The notes under the pieces are model-generated. The model did no database searches. It was not told the origin of the DNA and saw only the letters and a program-made list of their open reading frames with translations. Shown here piece after piece: positions 1-12,393 of a stretch of DNA of 64,000 bases. How positions within the stretch are numbered: position 1 is the first letter of the stretch; every line of letters starts with the position of its first letter. Position numbers and translations under genes: made by a program. Source of the stretch: Pseudomonadota bacterium (GTDB lineage: Bacteria > Pseudomonadota > Gammaproteobacteria > Steroidobacterales > Woeseiaceae); the NCBI GenBank assembly GCA_038524795.1, contig JBCBIJ010000014.1:5441-69440 (forward strand), given 5' to 3'.

Positions 1-89
1 GCGTGCGCTGCATGCTGGCGGAGGTCTACCTGCCGCACGCCCAGGCGCTACAATAGCGGGCTAGCACCTGCCCTTTGAACGAGACCACC

Positions 90-917
90 ATGACTGATCG
101 CGACCGCATCCTTATGTGTCCGCCGGACCACTTCACTGTCGATTACGCCATCAACCCCTGGATGGGCGGTAACGAGGGCAAGCTCGACTCTGCGCTCGCA
201 CAGCAGCAATGGGAAAACCTCGTTGCTGCGATCGGTGAATACGCCGACGTCGTCACGATGACGCCGCAGCCCGACCTGCCGGACATGGTGTTTACGGCCA
301 ACGCGGGCGCCGTCTACGGCGACAAGGCCATTGCCAGCCATTTCATGCCGCACGAGCGCCGTCCCGAAGAGCCGCACTTCAAGCGCTGGTTCCGCGACAA
401 CGGATTCGAGCTGCTCGACCTTGATGAGAAGCTGGGCTTCGAAGGCGCCGGTGACTGTCTTGCGGATCGCGGCGGTCCCTGGCTCTGGACGGGCTACGGC
501 TTTCGCACTGAGATCGAGGCGCACCCCGTCATCGAAGCGTTCTTCGGCCGTGAACTCGTGTCGATCCGTCTCACCGACGAACGCTTCTACCACATCGATA
601 CGTGTTTCTGTCCGCTCACAGACGGCTTCCTCATGTACCACCCACCCGCGTTCGACTTCGAGTCGCGCATGAAGATTGAGACGCGCGTGCCGCCGCACAA
701 GCGCATCATCTGCGACACGCTCGACGCCGGTAACTTTGCCTGCAACGCGGTTAATGTCGGGCTGGAGGTGTTCGTGCACAAAATGTCGGAGCCGCTCAAG
801 GCGCGCCTCATGTTGGCAGGCTTCCGCGTGCACGAAATCGACCTGTCGGAGTTTCTGAAATCGGGCGGCTCGGCCAAGTGTCTGACCCTCAAGCTCACGG
901 AACCGGTTAACCACTGA
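90..917 (+). CDS. amidinotransferase-fold enzyme (DDAH / arginine-deiminase-like)
   Basis: ORF 75-917 with ATG at 90. Has HIDTCF and a C-terminal SGGSAKCLTL motif, the catalytic-Cys context typical of this fold. Its stop overlaps the next ATG (TGATG at 915-919). Confidence 0.7.
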   Translation: MTDRDRILMCPPDHFTVDYAINPWMGGNEGKLDSALAQQQWENLVAAIGEYADVVTMTPQPDLPDMVFTANAGAVYGDKAIASHFMPHERRPEEPHFKRWFRDNGFELLDLDEKLGFEGAGDCLADRGGPWLWTGYGFRTEIEAHPVIEAFFGRELVSIRLTDERFYHIDTCFCPLTDGFLMYHPPAFDFESRMKIETRVPPHKRIICDTLDAGNFACNAVNVGLEVFVHKMSEPLKARLMLAGFRVHEIDLSEFLKSGGSAKCLTLKLTEPVNH

Positions 918-2713
918 TGCAGGTCGGCTACACGGTCGCAGCTCGCGAGCCTGCCAGACACCTCTTCGATGTCACGCTTCGCGTTGATGGCGTCGCCGAA
1001 GGGCCGCTAGAGCTCGTGTTGCCGGCCTGGATACCGGGCAGCTACATGGTGCGCGACTACGCGCGCCACATCGTGAGCCTCGAGGCGAAAGGCGATGCCG
1101 ACGCCGCGCTGGCCGTGCACAAGACGGACAAGTCGACCTGGGTGGTCGCGGTCGCGGCGGCGGGCGGGATCACTGTTGCGATGCGCGTCTACGCCTGGGA
1201 TCTGTCGGTTCGCGGTGCGCATCTCGACGACACCCACGCCTACTTCAATGGCACCAGTCTGTTCCCGCGTGTGACAGGCTACACGGGCGCCATCACGCTC
1301 GACATCGAGGCGCCTGCCGGGCTCGGTGAGGCCGCCTGGGTCGCTACGGCCATGCGTGCGCAGTACGTCGATGCGCGCGGTTTTGGTCGCTACGTCGTCG
1401 ACGACTACGCTGAGCTCATCGATCACCCCGTCGAGATCGCCGAGCAGCAGTGCATTGAGTTCGAAGCAGCGGGCCTGCCGCACCGATTCATTGTGCGCGG
1501 CGCACCGGAACTCGACGCGCCTCGGTTTGCCGCGGACCTCGAGAAAATCTGCGCGGCCCAGCACAAACTGTTGGGCACGCCCGAAGACCTGGATCGCTAC
1601 ACATTCCTGGCGTATGCATTGCCCGGCGGTTACGGCGGTCTGGAGCACCGCTGGTCGAGCTCGCTCGTGGTCGACCGCGACGCGCTGCCCGTTCCCGGTG
1701 TCGCGAGTACGGGTGACGGCTATCGCGATTTGCTGGGCCTAATTAGCCACGAGTACTTCCACCTCTGGAATGTACGCAGGCTCATGCCCGCCGTGCTATC
1801 GCCGCCCGACCTGTCAGGCGAAGTGCATACGGGGCTGCTTTGGGTGTTTGAAGGCATTACGTCCTACTACGATGACCTCATGCTGGTGCGCTCGGGCGCG
1901 ATCGATGCCGAGAGCTACCTGGAGGTCGTGGGCCGGACGCTCACACGCGTGCTGCGTACCCCGGGCCGGCTCGTGCAGAGCATCGAAGATTCGAGCTTTG
2001 ACGCCTGGACCAAGTTCTACAAGCAGGATGAGAACGCGGCCAACGCCATCATCAGCTACTACGCCAAGGGCGCCATTGTGGCCCTGGCGCTCGACCTCAA
2101 GCTGCGGGCGGAATCCACAACCACGCTCGATGACGTAATGCGCGAATGCTGGCGACGGTTCTACCTGGAAGGCGAGGGCATGCCCGAGCGCGGGCTCGAA
2201 CCCGTGGCAGCAGAACTCTCGGGGCTCGATCTGAAGGCGTTCTTCGACGTCGCGATTCGGGGCACCGAAGACATCGATCTCGCGGCCTTGCTCAAACCCT
2301 TTGGTGTGGCGCTCAGTCTGCGTGCCGCCGCAGGCAAGGACGACAAAGGCGGCAAGTCCGCCGAGAACCTGCCCAAAGCCTGGTGTGGCGTCGGTATGGA
2401 TCCGCGCGACACAGCGCGTATCGCCCGTGTGCTCAACGGCAGCCCAGCTGCGGCGGCGGGTGTGAGCGCCGGAGACCGACTGGTCGCCATTGACGGTACA
2501 CGTTGCGACAGTGCCAGGCTTGAGACGCTGTTGCAGCGTCACGCGCCTGGTGATGCGTTACGGGTCACCGTGTTCCGTGGGGATCAGTTGCGTGAGTTCA
2601 GCATGACCCTCGTCGAGCCGCCGACCGATACGGCGTGGCTGGCACGCGACGATGCCGCCGATGCTGCCGTCAGGCAGCGCTTTGCGGACTGGCTGCAGGC
2701 GCCGGTGGCTTAG
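917..2713 (+). CDS. M61 family (glycyl aminopeptidase-like) zinc metallopeptidase with C-terminal PDZ domain
   Basis: 598-aa ORF with HEYFHLWNV (HExxH) plus a downstream E. The C-terminal segment GVSAGDRLVAIDG is PDZ-like. Strong GC3 bias. Confidence 0.8.
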   Translation: MQVGYTVAAREPARHLFDVTLRVDGVAEGPLELVLPAWIPGSYMVRDYARHIVSLEAKGDADAALAVHKTDKSTWVVAVAAAGGITVAMRVYAWDLSVRGAHLDDTHAYFNGTSLFPRVTGYTGAITLDIEAPAGLGEAAWVATAMRAQYVDARGFGRYVVDDYAELIDHPVEIAEQQCIEFEAAGLPHRFIVRGAPELDAPRFAADLEKICAAQHKLLGTPEDLDRYTFLAYALPGGYGGLEHRWSSSLVVDRDALPVPGVASTGDGYRDLLGLISHEYFHLWNVRRLMPAVLSPPDLSGEVHTGLLWVFEGITSYYDDLMLVRSGAIDAESYLEVVGRTLTRVLRTPGRLVQSIEDSSFDAWTKFYKQDENAANAIISYYAKGAIVALALDLKLRAESTTTLDDVMRECWRRFYLEGEGMPERGLEPVAAELSGLDLKAFFDVAIRGTEDIDLAALLKPFGVALSLRAAAGKDDKGGKSAENLPKAWCGVGMDPRDTARIARVLNGSPAAAAGVSAGDRLVAIDGTRCDSARLETLLQRHAPGDALRVTVFRGDQLREFSMTLVEPPTDTAWLARDDAADAAVRQRFADWLQAPVA

Positions 2714-3347
2714 CCCGCCGCTGGCGCTGCCAGCGCCAGTACACGCGAATCCCGAGCAGGCCCGTGAGCACGGCCGCGTAAATCGCGGGCTCCGTGATGT
2801 CGGATTTCACCTGCCACCAGAAGTGCCAGACGCCCAGGATGCCGACCAGGTAGACGCTGTTGTGCAGCTTTTGCCAGCGTTGACCAAGCCTGCGGCGCGC
2901 GGCGAGTGTGGAGGTTGCCGTCATGGCGAGCAGCAGCACCAGGGCGATCATGCCCAGCGTGATGTAAGGGCGCTTCACGATGTCTTCGATTACGGGCGCC
3001 AGCGCGAGGCCCTGGTCGAGCACAAGGTACACGGCGAAGTGCAGCGTGACGTAGAACGCGGCGAACAGCCCGATCATGCGGCGGAACTGGGCCATCCAGT
3101 TGAACCCCGTCAGCCGCCGCAGCGGTGTCACGGCCAGCGCGAACATCGTGAACCGAAGCCCGAGCGTGCCGAAATCCTCGAGCAGGGTCTCGACCGGGTT
3201 GGCGCCCAGGCTCAGACCGGCGATTCCGAATGTCGCGGCAACAAGCCAGGCAAAGGGCGCCAGCGACAGCGCGAACACGAGCGGCTTGCCGATGAAGCGC
3301 ACGCGGTTGCGTGTGCTGAGGCCACGTTGTGGGCTCGCGGTAGTCAC
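2670..3347 (-). CDS. msrQ: protein-methionine-sulfoxide reductase heme-binding membrane subunit MsrQ (YedZ)
   Basis: Multi-TM protein with the WHFWWQVKSD motif typical of YedZ. A GTG at 3347 lies 1 nt after the msrP stop; the longer ORF to 3452 would overlap msrP and is rejected. Confidence 0.8.
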   Translation of the reverse strand: MTTASPQRGLSTRNRVRFIGKPLVFALSLAPFAWLVAATFGIAGLSLGANPVETLLEDFGTLGLRFTMFALAVTPLRRLTGFNWMAQFRRMIGLFAAFYVTLHFAVYLVLDQGLALAPVIEDIVKRPYITLGMIALVLLLAMTATSTLAARRRLGQRWQKLHNSVYLVGILGVWHFWWQVKSDITEPAIYAAVLTGLLGIRVYWRWQRQRRAKPPAPAASPQSAA

Positions 3348-3348
3348 G

Positions 3349-4299
3349 TCAGAAGTAGCGCCGCAGGTCCAGCCCGTCGTAGAGGCTCGCGACTTCCTCG
3401 CCGTAACCGTTGAAGGGCAGCGTGTCGATGCGCGGTGCGAACAGGCCGCCACCGATGCGGCGTTCTGTCGCCTGCGACCAGCGCGGGTGGTCGACCTCAG
3501 GGTTCACGTTGGCGTAGAAGCCGTACTCGCGCGGCTGCGACATGTTCCAGCTCGTGGCCGGCTCATTCCGCTCGAAGCTAATCGAGACGATCGACTTGAT
3601 GCTCTTGAAGCCGTACTTCCAGGGCACGACGAGTCGCATGGGCGCGCCATTCTGGTTGGGCAGCACGCGGCCGTAAACGCCGACGGCCATGATAGTCAGT
3701 GGGTGCATGGCCTCAGCGATGGTCAGGCCCTCGCGGTAAGGCCAGGCCAGCGTGCGGTAGCGCTGCCCGGGCAGCTGCTCGGGATCGACGAGCGTTTTGA
3801 AGGCGACGTATTTGGCGTCCGACGTCGGCTTGAAGCGCTTCAGGATGTCGCCGAGGGGGATGCCGACCCAGGGAACGACCATGGACCAGGCCTCCACGCA
3901 GCGCAGCCGGTAGATCCGTTCCTCGAGCTGGTGCGGCTTGATGAAGTCCTCGATATCGAAGGTGCCCGTGTTCTCGGCCGCACCGCTGACTTTAATGCTC
4001 CAGGGGCGTGGTTTCAGATACTGGGCGTTGCGCGCAGGGTCGCTCTTGCCCGTGCCGAGCTCGTAGAAGTTGTTGTAGGTTGTGACGTCCTCATAGCTGT
4101 TGGGCGTCTCGTCGGTCGAGTAGGGGCTCTTCGCGATATTGGCCAGCTCACCCTCAGCGGGCAGCTCTGCGGCCTGCGGCGAGCACGCGGGTAGGGCGAT
4201 GCCGGCAGCCAGGCCAGCCATGAGCTGGCGGCGGTTCAGGTAATTCGACTCGCTCGTGATCTCACTGGGGCGAATCGGGTCGGGCCGTTTGATGAGCAT
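3349..4299 (-). CDS. msrP: protein-methionine-sulfoxide reductase molybdopterin catalytic subunit MsrP (YedY), Tat-exported
   Basis: ATG at 4299 (MLIKRPD...) with an [11 protein letters not shown] Tat-like signal. The C-terminus [24 protein letters not shown]...[20 protein letters not shown] closely matches E. coli YedY as I recall it. Confidence 0.9.
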   Translation of the reverse strand: MLIKRPDPIRPSEITSESNYLNRRQLMAGLAAGIALPACSPQAAELPAEGELANIAKSPYSTDETPNSYEDVTTYNNFYELGTGKSDPARNAQYLKPRPWSIKVSGAAENTGTFDIEDFIKPHQLEERIYRLRCVEAWSMVVPWVGIPLGDILKRFKPTSDAKYVAFKTLVDPEQLPGQRYRTLAWPYREGLTIAEAMHPLTIMAVGVYGRVLPNQNGAPMRLVVPWKYGFKSIKSIVSISFERNEPATSWNMSQPREYGFYANVNPEVDHPRWSQATERRIGGGLFAPRIDTLPFNGYGEEVASLYDGLDLRRYF

Positions 4300-4327
4300 G
4301 TGTGTGTCCTTTGCTGCCGCGCTGCCG

Positions 4328-5077
4328 TCAGGGCAGCTTGGTGCCGTTAAGGCTCCAGTCGTAGTCCTGGAAGTCCAGGTCCCAGTCGTCGTTCTCGAGG
4401 CTCTCGCGCAGGCGGTCGTCGGTAACGTACTGTGCCAGGTAACCCTGCAGGCTTCCGCCAGCAGATTCGAATTCGTCTTCATACCAATCAAAGATGCGCG
4501 ACAGGTCCGCCTTGCGGCGCTCTAGGTCGAAGCGATTGCTGGCCGGGTTATTGATAAACGCAGCCGTGACCTCGTCGAGTTGCGTACGGAGCGACGCGCC
4601 ATCGTAGAGCCAGCTTTGCAGCGGCGGGCAAGACTTTGAGGAGCACACGATCGCAAAGTGAATGCGCGGGTCACCGGCGGCGATGATGAAGTCGTGCTCA
4701 AGCTCGAACAGCGTCATCGACGTGTTGAGCAGCGCGTACTCGCGACGCTTGAAGAACCGCAGCCGGCCCCAGAGCGTGCTTGGCGAGTAGCCGTCGAGGA
4801 TACCCTGGATGGACGTGGCGTTGTAGGCGTTGATGTAGAACGCGAGTTTTTCGTCGTTGCTGGCTGAGGTCGCGGGCGCCGTCTTCGCCAGCGCCGTCAT
4901 CATGCTGGCGAATTCGGACGAACCAGCAAACGCCGGGTAGTCGACGTCACCCTCGGTCACGCTTGCCGCGAGCAGCTCGCCGAAAGGTGCGAACACCTCA
5001 GCCGGCTCGGCGGCCAAAGTGGGCGCGAACAGCGCGAGCACGAACGCGAGCAGGCTACCAGGGAATTTCCTGGCCAT
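4328..5077 (-). CDS. DUF547 domain-containing exported protein
   Basis: Start [23 protein letters not shown] gives a signal peptide. [22 protein letters not shown] and DYDWSLN are motifs characteristic of DUF547. The start could also be 5110. Confidence 0.7.
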   Translation of the reverse strand: MARKFPGSLLAFVLALFAPTLAAEPAEVFAPFGELLAASVTEGDVDYPAFAGSSEFASMMTALAKTAPATSASNDEKLAFYINAYNATSIQGILDGYSPSTLWGRLRFFKRREYALLNTSMTLFELEHDFIIAAGDPRIHFAIVCSSKSCPPLQSWLYDGASLRTQLDEVTAAFINNPASNRFDLERRKADLSRIFDWYEDEFESAGGSLQGYLAQYVTDDRLRESLENDDWDLDFQDYDWSLNGTKLP

Positions 5078-5813
5078 CCCAAGCGAAAAATTTGCCGTTG
5101 TCGTCATCATCGAGTTGGTCCAATACAGTCAGCAGATAGTTCACGGACTGCGCTACATCAAACAGCTTGTCGTCACTGACGTTGCCGCGGAACGGTGCAC
5201 TCAGGTCGGTCGCGACCGTTCCCGGGTGCAGGGCCACGCAGCGTACTTTGCGATAGCGGCGGGCCAGCTCAATCGACAGCGTCTTCGTCAGCATGTTTTG
5301 TGCGGCCTTGGCCGCCCGGTAGGCGTACCAGCCGCCGAGCCGGTTGTCGCTGATGCTGCCGACGCGGGCCGACAGGGTGGCGACAGTGCAAGGCTCACGG
5401 CGCGGTAACAACGGGGCAAGGTGCTTGACGAGCAGCAGTGGTCCAACGGCGTTGACCGCGAAACTGCGCTGGATATTACCGGCATCGACGTCTTCGAGCC
5501 GCCGTTCGGGTTGCATGTCGCCCGCGTGGAGCAGGCCGATGGTGTTGAGAACCCAGTCGAGGCGGTCGCTTTGCTCGGCCACTGTGGCTGCCGCAGCTGC
5601 CACGCTGTCGGGGTCTGCGATGTCCATCGTCACGGGCACAATGCAGTCACCGTGGGTGTCCCGCAGTGCCGCGATGGCGTCACTGTCGCCGGGTTGGCGC
5701 GCCGCCACGAAGAGGCGCTCGACGCTGGAGCGTTGTGCAAGCGCGCGGGCAAAACCTGCGCCGATACCGCGGCTGGCGCCGGCGATAAACACGGATGTTG
5801 GTTGGACGTTCAT
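5055..5813 (-). CDS. SDR family oxidoreductase (C-factor-like short-chain dehydrogenase)
   Basis: N-terminal GASRGIG dinucleotide motif and the YRAAKAA catalytic YxxxK. 252 aa. Confidence 0.85.
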   Translation of the reverse strand: MNVQPTSVFIAGASRGIGAGFARALAQRSSVERLFVAARQPGDSDAIAALRDTHGDCIVPVTMDIADPDSVAAAAATVAEQSDRLDWVLNTIGLLHAGDMQPERRLEDVDAGNIQRSFAVNAVGPLLLVKHLAPLLPRREPCTVATLSARVGSISDNRLGGWYAYRAAKAAQNMLTKTLSIELARRYRKVRCVALHPGTVATDLSAPFRGNVSDDKLFDVAQSVNYLLTVLDQLDDDDNGKFFAWDGQEIPW

Positions 5814-5820
5814 GAGCTCA

Positions 5821-5846
5821 GAAATCGCTGAATTATCAGTGATTTC
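5821..5846. promoter_or_regulatory. 26-bp imperfect palindrome (candidate operator or bidirectional hairpin)
   Basis: GAAATCGCTGAATTATCAGTGATTTC, with about 10 of 11 arm positions complementary. It is AT-rich relative to its surroundings. It lies 8 nt upstream of the SDR start and 31 nt downstream of the hydrolase stop. Confidence 0.25.
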
Positions 5847-5877
5847 GACGAATCAGGCGGGTCAGATGCAGCGCGCC

Positions 5878-6846
5878 TCAACGTGCAGGGTAACGTCGGC
5901 CCAGCCACTCGAGCATGAGCCGATTCACCGTCTCGGGGTGCTCCTGCTGCGTCCAGTGCCCGCAGTTCTCGAGTACATGCACCTCCAGATCATCGACATA
6001 GCGCCGCATGGTGTCGATGTGGGCCGGTGCGATGAGAACGTCGTCGTTGGCCCCGATGAACAGCGTGGGCACGCATACGCGCTGCTCGACGTCCTTTGTC
6101 AGGGCCCAGTTGCGGGTCCAGTTGCGGTACCAGTTGATGGGTGGCGTGAAGCCCGACTCTCGGAAGGCTTTGACATAAACCGCCAGCTCCTCGTCGTCGA
6201 ACAGTGGCGTGCCCGGTAGCTCGCGCTTCCGCATCTCACGCAGCATGCTGAATGCGTGTCGCGCTTCAGGTGGCGTGGCATCGAAGGCCGCTCGTGTGGC
6301 GGGCAAGCGACGGTACATGGCGCGCAGGAAGCGCTCAGGGTCTGCGTCAAAAGCCCGGTCGGCCTCGTCGGAGTCCTGAAAGTTAACGATGTAGAAGTCA
6401 TCGCCAAGGACCTTCCGCGACATGACCATTGGATCGATGTCCCGGCGCGGCGCAAAGGGAATGTTCAGCGCGATGAAGCCGCGCATACGCTCGGGGCGCA
6501 TGAGCACCATCTGCCAGAGCAAGAGCGCGCCCCAATCATGACCGACAAACACGGCATCTTCGTGGCCCAGCGCGTCCAACAGACCGCACAGATCGTCCAT
6601 GAGGTGGAAGATGTCGTAGGCCTCGACGGATTCGGGCCGGCTGCTGCCCGCATAGCCACGCTGGTCGGGGGCGACAAAGCGGTAGCCGGCGTCGACGAGC
6701 GCTGCGACCTGGTGGCGCCATGAGTAGGCGATCTCCGGGAAGCCGTGGCAAAGGATAATGGGGGGCGAAGTGGGGTCGCCGGCCAGGTGGACGTCTAGGG
6801 TGATGCCATTGGTGGCGATTTGGGTCGGTTCAGGGAACGTGGGCAT
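5878..6846 (-). CDS. alpha/beta hydrolase, epoxide-hydrolase-like
   Basis: From ATG 6846 (MPTFPEPTQIATNGITL...). Has HGFPE, a GHDWGA nucleophile elbow, and a C-terminal GHWTQQEHPE. The 513-aa track ORF extends antisense through the ileS leader and is rejected. Confidence 0.8.
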   Translation of the reverse strand: MPTFPEPTQIATNGITLDVHLAGDPTSPPIILCHGFPEIAYSWRHQVAALVDAGYRFVAPDQRGYAGSSRPESVEAYDIFHLMDDLCGLLDALGHEDAVFVGHDWGALLLWQMVLMRPERMRGFIALNIPFAPRRDIDPMVMSRKVLGDDFYIVNFQDSDEADRAFDADPERFLRAMYRRLPATRAAFDATPPEARHAFSMLREMRKRELPGTPLFDDEELAVYVKAFRESGFTPPINWYRNWTRNWALTKDVEQRVCVPTLFIGANDDVLIAPAHIDTMRRYVDDLEVHVLENCGHWTQQEHPETVNRLMLEWLGRRYPAR

Positions 6847-6912
6847 TCCCGAAGTATCGCGGGTGGGAGGTTGTGGCGCCAGTTGGGGGTTGTGCCAGTG
6901 GGCCGGTGCGCC

Positions 6913-7012
6913 GGGCGACAAGAAGCCATCGCGGGTACGCAGTTCGTACATCCCTGTACGCTCGTGGGCGACGTCCCTGTCGCCCACGCCCCGCGATGGC
7001 TTCTCGTCGCCC
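6913..7012. repeat. compound palindromic element (long stem enclosing two hairpins)
   Basis: Arms 6917-6935 GACAAGAAGCCATCGCGGG and 6990-7008 CCCGCGATGGCTTCTCGTC pair with 1 mismatch. Inner hairpins are GTACG/CGTAC (6935-6949) and GTGGGCGAC/GTCGCCCAC (6964-6987). Confidence 0.4.
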
Positions 7013-7115
7013 GACACACCTACGTTTGTGGTATCGCCGTGGACTCGCTGTTGCCGCGTTTTGGGTGCCGCCTGCTCTCGCTTTGGTTGTGTTTGCGCGC
7101 TAAGATCGCGGCGAA

Positions 7116-7378
7116 CGCGATGACGGGGCCAGTAGGGCCGATCACGCAGGTATGAGCGAGCGGGAGACGGTGAGAGTCCCGCGCCTGCGCCGGACCTGAA
7201 CATCTCCCTCGAGCGGCGCCCCGAACCCCGATAGCGGGCAGTAGACGGCGACGGCTGGTTCCCGACACGGACCGGGTCTCGTACCCACAGAGGCAGCGCG
7301 CGCGAGCATGCTGTGAAACCGGGTGGTACCGCGGAATCCCGCCCCGGACGCTTTAGTGAAGGCGCCCGGGGTTTTTTG
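7116..7378 (+). promoter_or_regulatory. T-box leader (tRNA-sensing transcription attenuator), putative Ile specifier
   Basis: Stem I elements appear in canonical order. These are GCGAUGA 7117-7123, AGUA 7131-7134, hairpin GCGGGA-GACGGUGAGAG-UCCCGC 7160-7182, GAAC-AUC-U 7198-7205 and CUCGAGCG 7208-7215. The T-box sequence AAACCGGGUGGUACCGCGG is at 7316-7334. The antiterminator is CCGGG[UGGUACC]GCGG-AAUC-CCGC-CCCGG (7319-7347), and it competes with the terminator at 7342-7377. Confidence 0.8.
7342..7377 (+). terminator. intrinsic terminator of the ileS leader (attenuator)
   Basis: Stem CCCCGGACGC / GCGCCCGGGG (one A-C mismatch), a 10-nt loop, then TTTTTT at 7372-7377, 22 nt before the ileS ATG. 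Its 5' arm is shared with the antiterminator. Confidence 0.75.
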
Positions 7379-7399
7379 TGCCCGGGCGAGGACGAGACC

Positions 7400-10543
<3,144 letters not shown>

Positions 10544-10736
10544 GCGCCCTGCTTGCAGGGTCTTCGAAAAACCTGCTATAAGTTTGGGCGAAGGGGAGAG
10601 TCACGCACTCGGTGTTGCTGTCGGTGTCCCAGCGGTCCGGTCCAGGATCGCGATGCCGAATCCTGAAGAGATCATCGATGCCCGACCTCAGCGCCCGAAA
10701 GGGCAAAAAGAACACGCGAGCTATCGCGGGGGATCT

Positions 10737-11129
10737 ATGTCGGCCATAAAAGACTCGTTTCACGAGGCTCTGGTCATTTTGACCAGCCACGAGAACGCAA
10801 AAACGCGGCTTACCAAGGCGTGGGTGGACACCTTGGAGCACCTGGCCTCAGACGAGCTTCCCGACAGTATCCGCGACCAGTTCAACCGCATGCGCAAGCA
10901 GCTCACAGCGCGGCGTCCGGTCAACAACGAAAACCCCATTGTGGCCACGATTCGCAAGATGTCTCCGGCCGAGGCAGCCCGCTTTGGCTGCGAGATCGTG
11001 AACATGTACGCCAATGTCATGGCTGGCGATCACCCCGTACAGCTGCGAATCGTCGATGTTGCGGCCGAGTCTCAGCCTGATAACGGCGAGGGCAAGGACG
11101 GCGTACCGGACTTTCTGTCCCGCCACTAG
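10737..11129 (+). CDS. hypothetical protein
   Basis: ORF 10584-11129 has good GC3 bias from about 10737 onward, and GGGGGA lies 5 nt upstream of the ATG at 10737. An alternative ATG is at 10653. I recognise no family. Confidence 0.45.
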   Translation: MSAIKDSFHEALVILTSHENAKTRLTKAWVDTLEHLASDELPDSIRDQFNRMRKQLTARRPVNNENPIVATIRKMSPAEAARFGCEIVNMYANVMAGDHPVQLRIVDVAAESQPDNGEGKDGVPDFLSRH

Positions 11130-11162
11130 GCCTCATCGGCCTCGCGTTCCCAGGGCTCAGTA

Positions 11163-12380
11163 CTACCCCGTTGTCGGCGTTGTCGCGCGCCGTATCAGGA
11201 TCGGCAGCACGAGCGTGGCCGAGAACATCGTGACGCTCGCGCCGACAATGAAGACTGCCATGGGCTGGGGCGACGCCAGGCCCCAGAGCGCGACGACCTG
11301 TGTTGCGACGCCTGCGATGAGCTGCTGCGAGCAGCCGACGATGCCGGACGCCGTCCCCGCGTAATTCTTGCTCTGCAACACGGCGGCGCTTTGCAGGCTC
11401 GGTGAGGACAGGCCGTTGGCGAATGCCAGCACGACCATGGGCAGGAACATGCGTTCGGGCGACAGGGTGCCGGTCGACACGGAAACGACCATAACCAGTG
11501 CGCCCACCAGCGCCAGGCTTGTGCCAATCCGAATCATGTTGAGCATGCCGATCTCTGACGCAAGCCGCGACGAGAGAAACGTCCCGAACATGTAACCACC
11601 CGACAGCAGGATGAAGTACTTGCCGTAGGTCGTTGGTGGCTCGCCCAGCGTGTTTTCCATGACGTAGGGCACGACAGAGATAAACGTGTAGAACACGGAC
11701 AGTGAGAGTGCGCTCTGCAGTGAGTAGACCAGGAACAGGGGTTTCTTGAGCAGCGAGACCGTGCCCGCGATAAACGGCTCGGGGTTTTTTACCTGCCGGC
11801 GCGTCTCGGGCAGTTTCGCGAACGCAATCGTGGTGACCACGGCGATCATCACGGCGGATGCTGCAAACACACTGCGCCAGCCGTACCAGTCCGTGAGATA
11901 GCCGCCAAACAGCGGCGCGATCATGGGTACGACCACGATGACCACAATGACCGACGACAGCCGCGCCGCCATGCCCTCGCTGCCGTAGCGGTCACTGAGC
12001 ACGGCACGTGTGACCACCATGCCGCCCGCGCTGCCGAAGGCTTGGACGATGCGCGCGACGACCAGCGCGCCAACGGATGGCGCCAGCGCGCACGCGAGCG
12101 TTCCAAGCAGGCAGATGATGAGGCTTGCGATCGCCGTCGCGCGCCGGCCAAAACGGTCGGCCAGCGGGCCGTAGACGAGCTGCGCGGGCCCGACGGTAAA
12201 TACGAATGCCGAAAAGGTGAGCTGCACGGCGCGGCTGCTCGCCTCAAGATCGCGACCGATGCCCGGCAGGGCGGGCAGGTAGATCTGCATGACGAGCGGC
12301 GCGATCGAGGTGATCGCGGCCAATAGGAAGATCAGCGGGCGGTCGCTCGCTGAGGTTGACTGAGGTCGCACCGAGGTCAC
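11163..12380 (-). CDS. MFS transporter, Bcr/CflA-type drug efflux family
   Basis: 405 aa with 12 predicted TM segments. Has the GPLADRFGRR motif A between TM2 and TM3. GTG start. Confidence 0.85.
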   Translation of the reverse strand: MTSVRPQSTSASDRPLIFLLAAITSIAPLVMQIYLPALPGIGRDLEASSRAVQLTFSAFVFTVGPAQLVYGPLADRFGRRATAIASLIICLLGTLACALAPSVGALVVARIVQAFGSAGGMVVTRAVLSDRYGSEGMAARLSSVIVVIVVVPMIAPLFGGYLTDWYGWRSVFAASAVMIAVVTTIAFAKLPETRRQVKNPEPFIAGTVSLLKKPLFLVYSLQSALSLSVFYTFISVVPYVMENTLGEPPTTYGKYFILLSGGYMFGTFLSSRLASEIGMLNMIRIGTSLALVGALVMVVSVSTGTLSPERMFLPMVVLAFANGLSSPSLQSAAVLQSKNYAGTASGIVGCSQQLIAGVATQVVALWGLASPQPMAVFIVGASVTMFSATLVLPILIRRATTPTTG

Positions 12381-12393
12381 GATGCGGCGACGC

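Noticed and set aside
7078-7106. Possible sigma-70 promoter for the T-box transcript (TAAGAT at 7101-7106, about 10 nt before the K-turn).
   Set aside because: The -10 is plausible and well placed, but no acceptable -35 (best is TCGCTT at a 17-nt spacing) or extended -10 is present. It is too weak to call as a feature without transcription start mapping.
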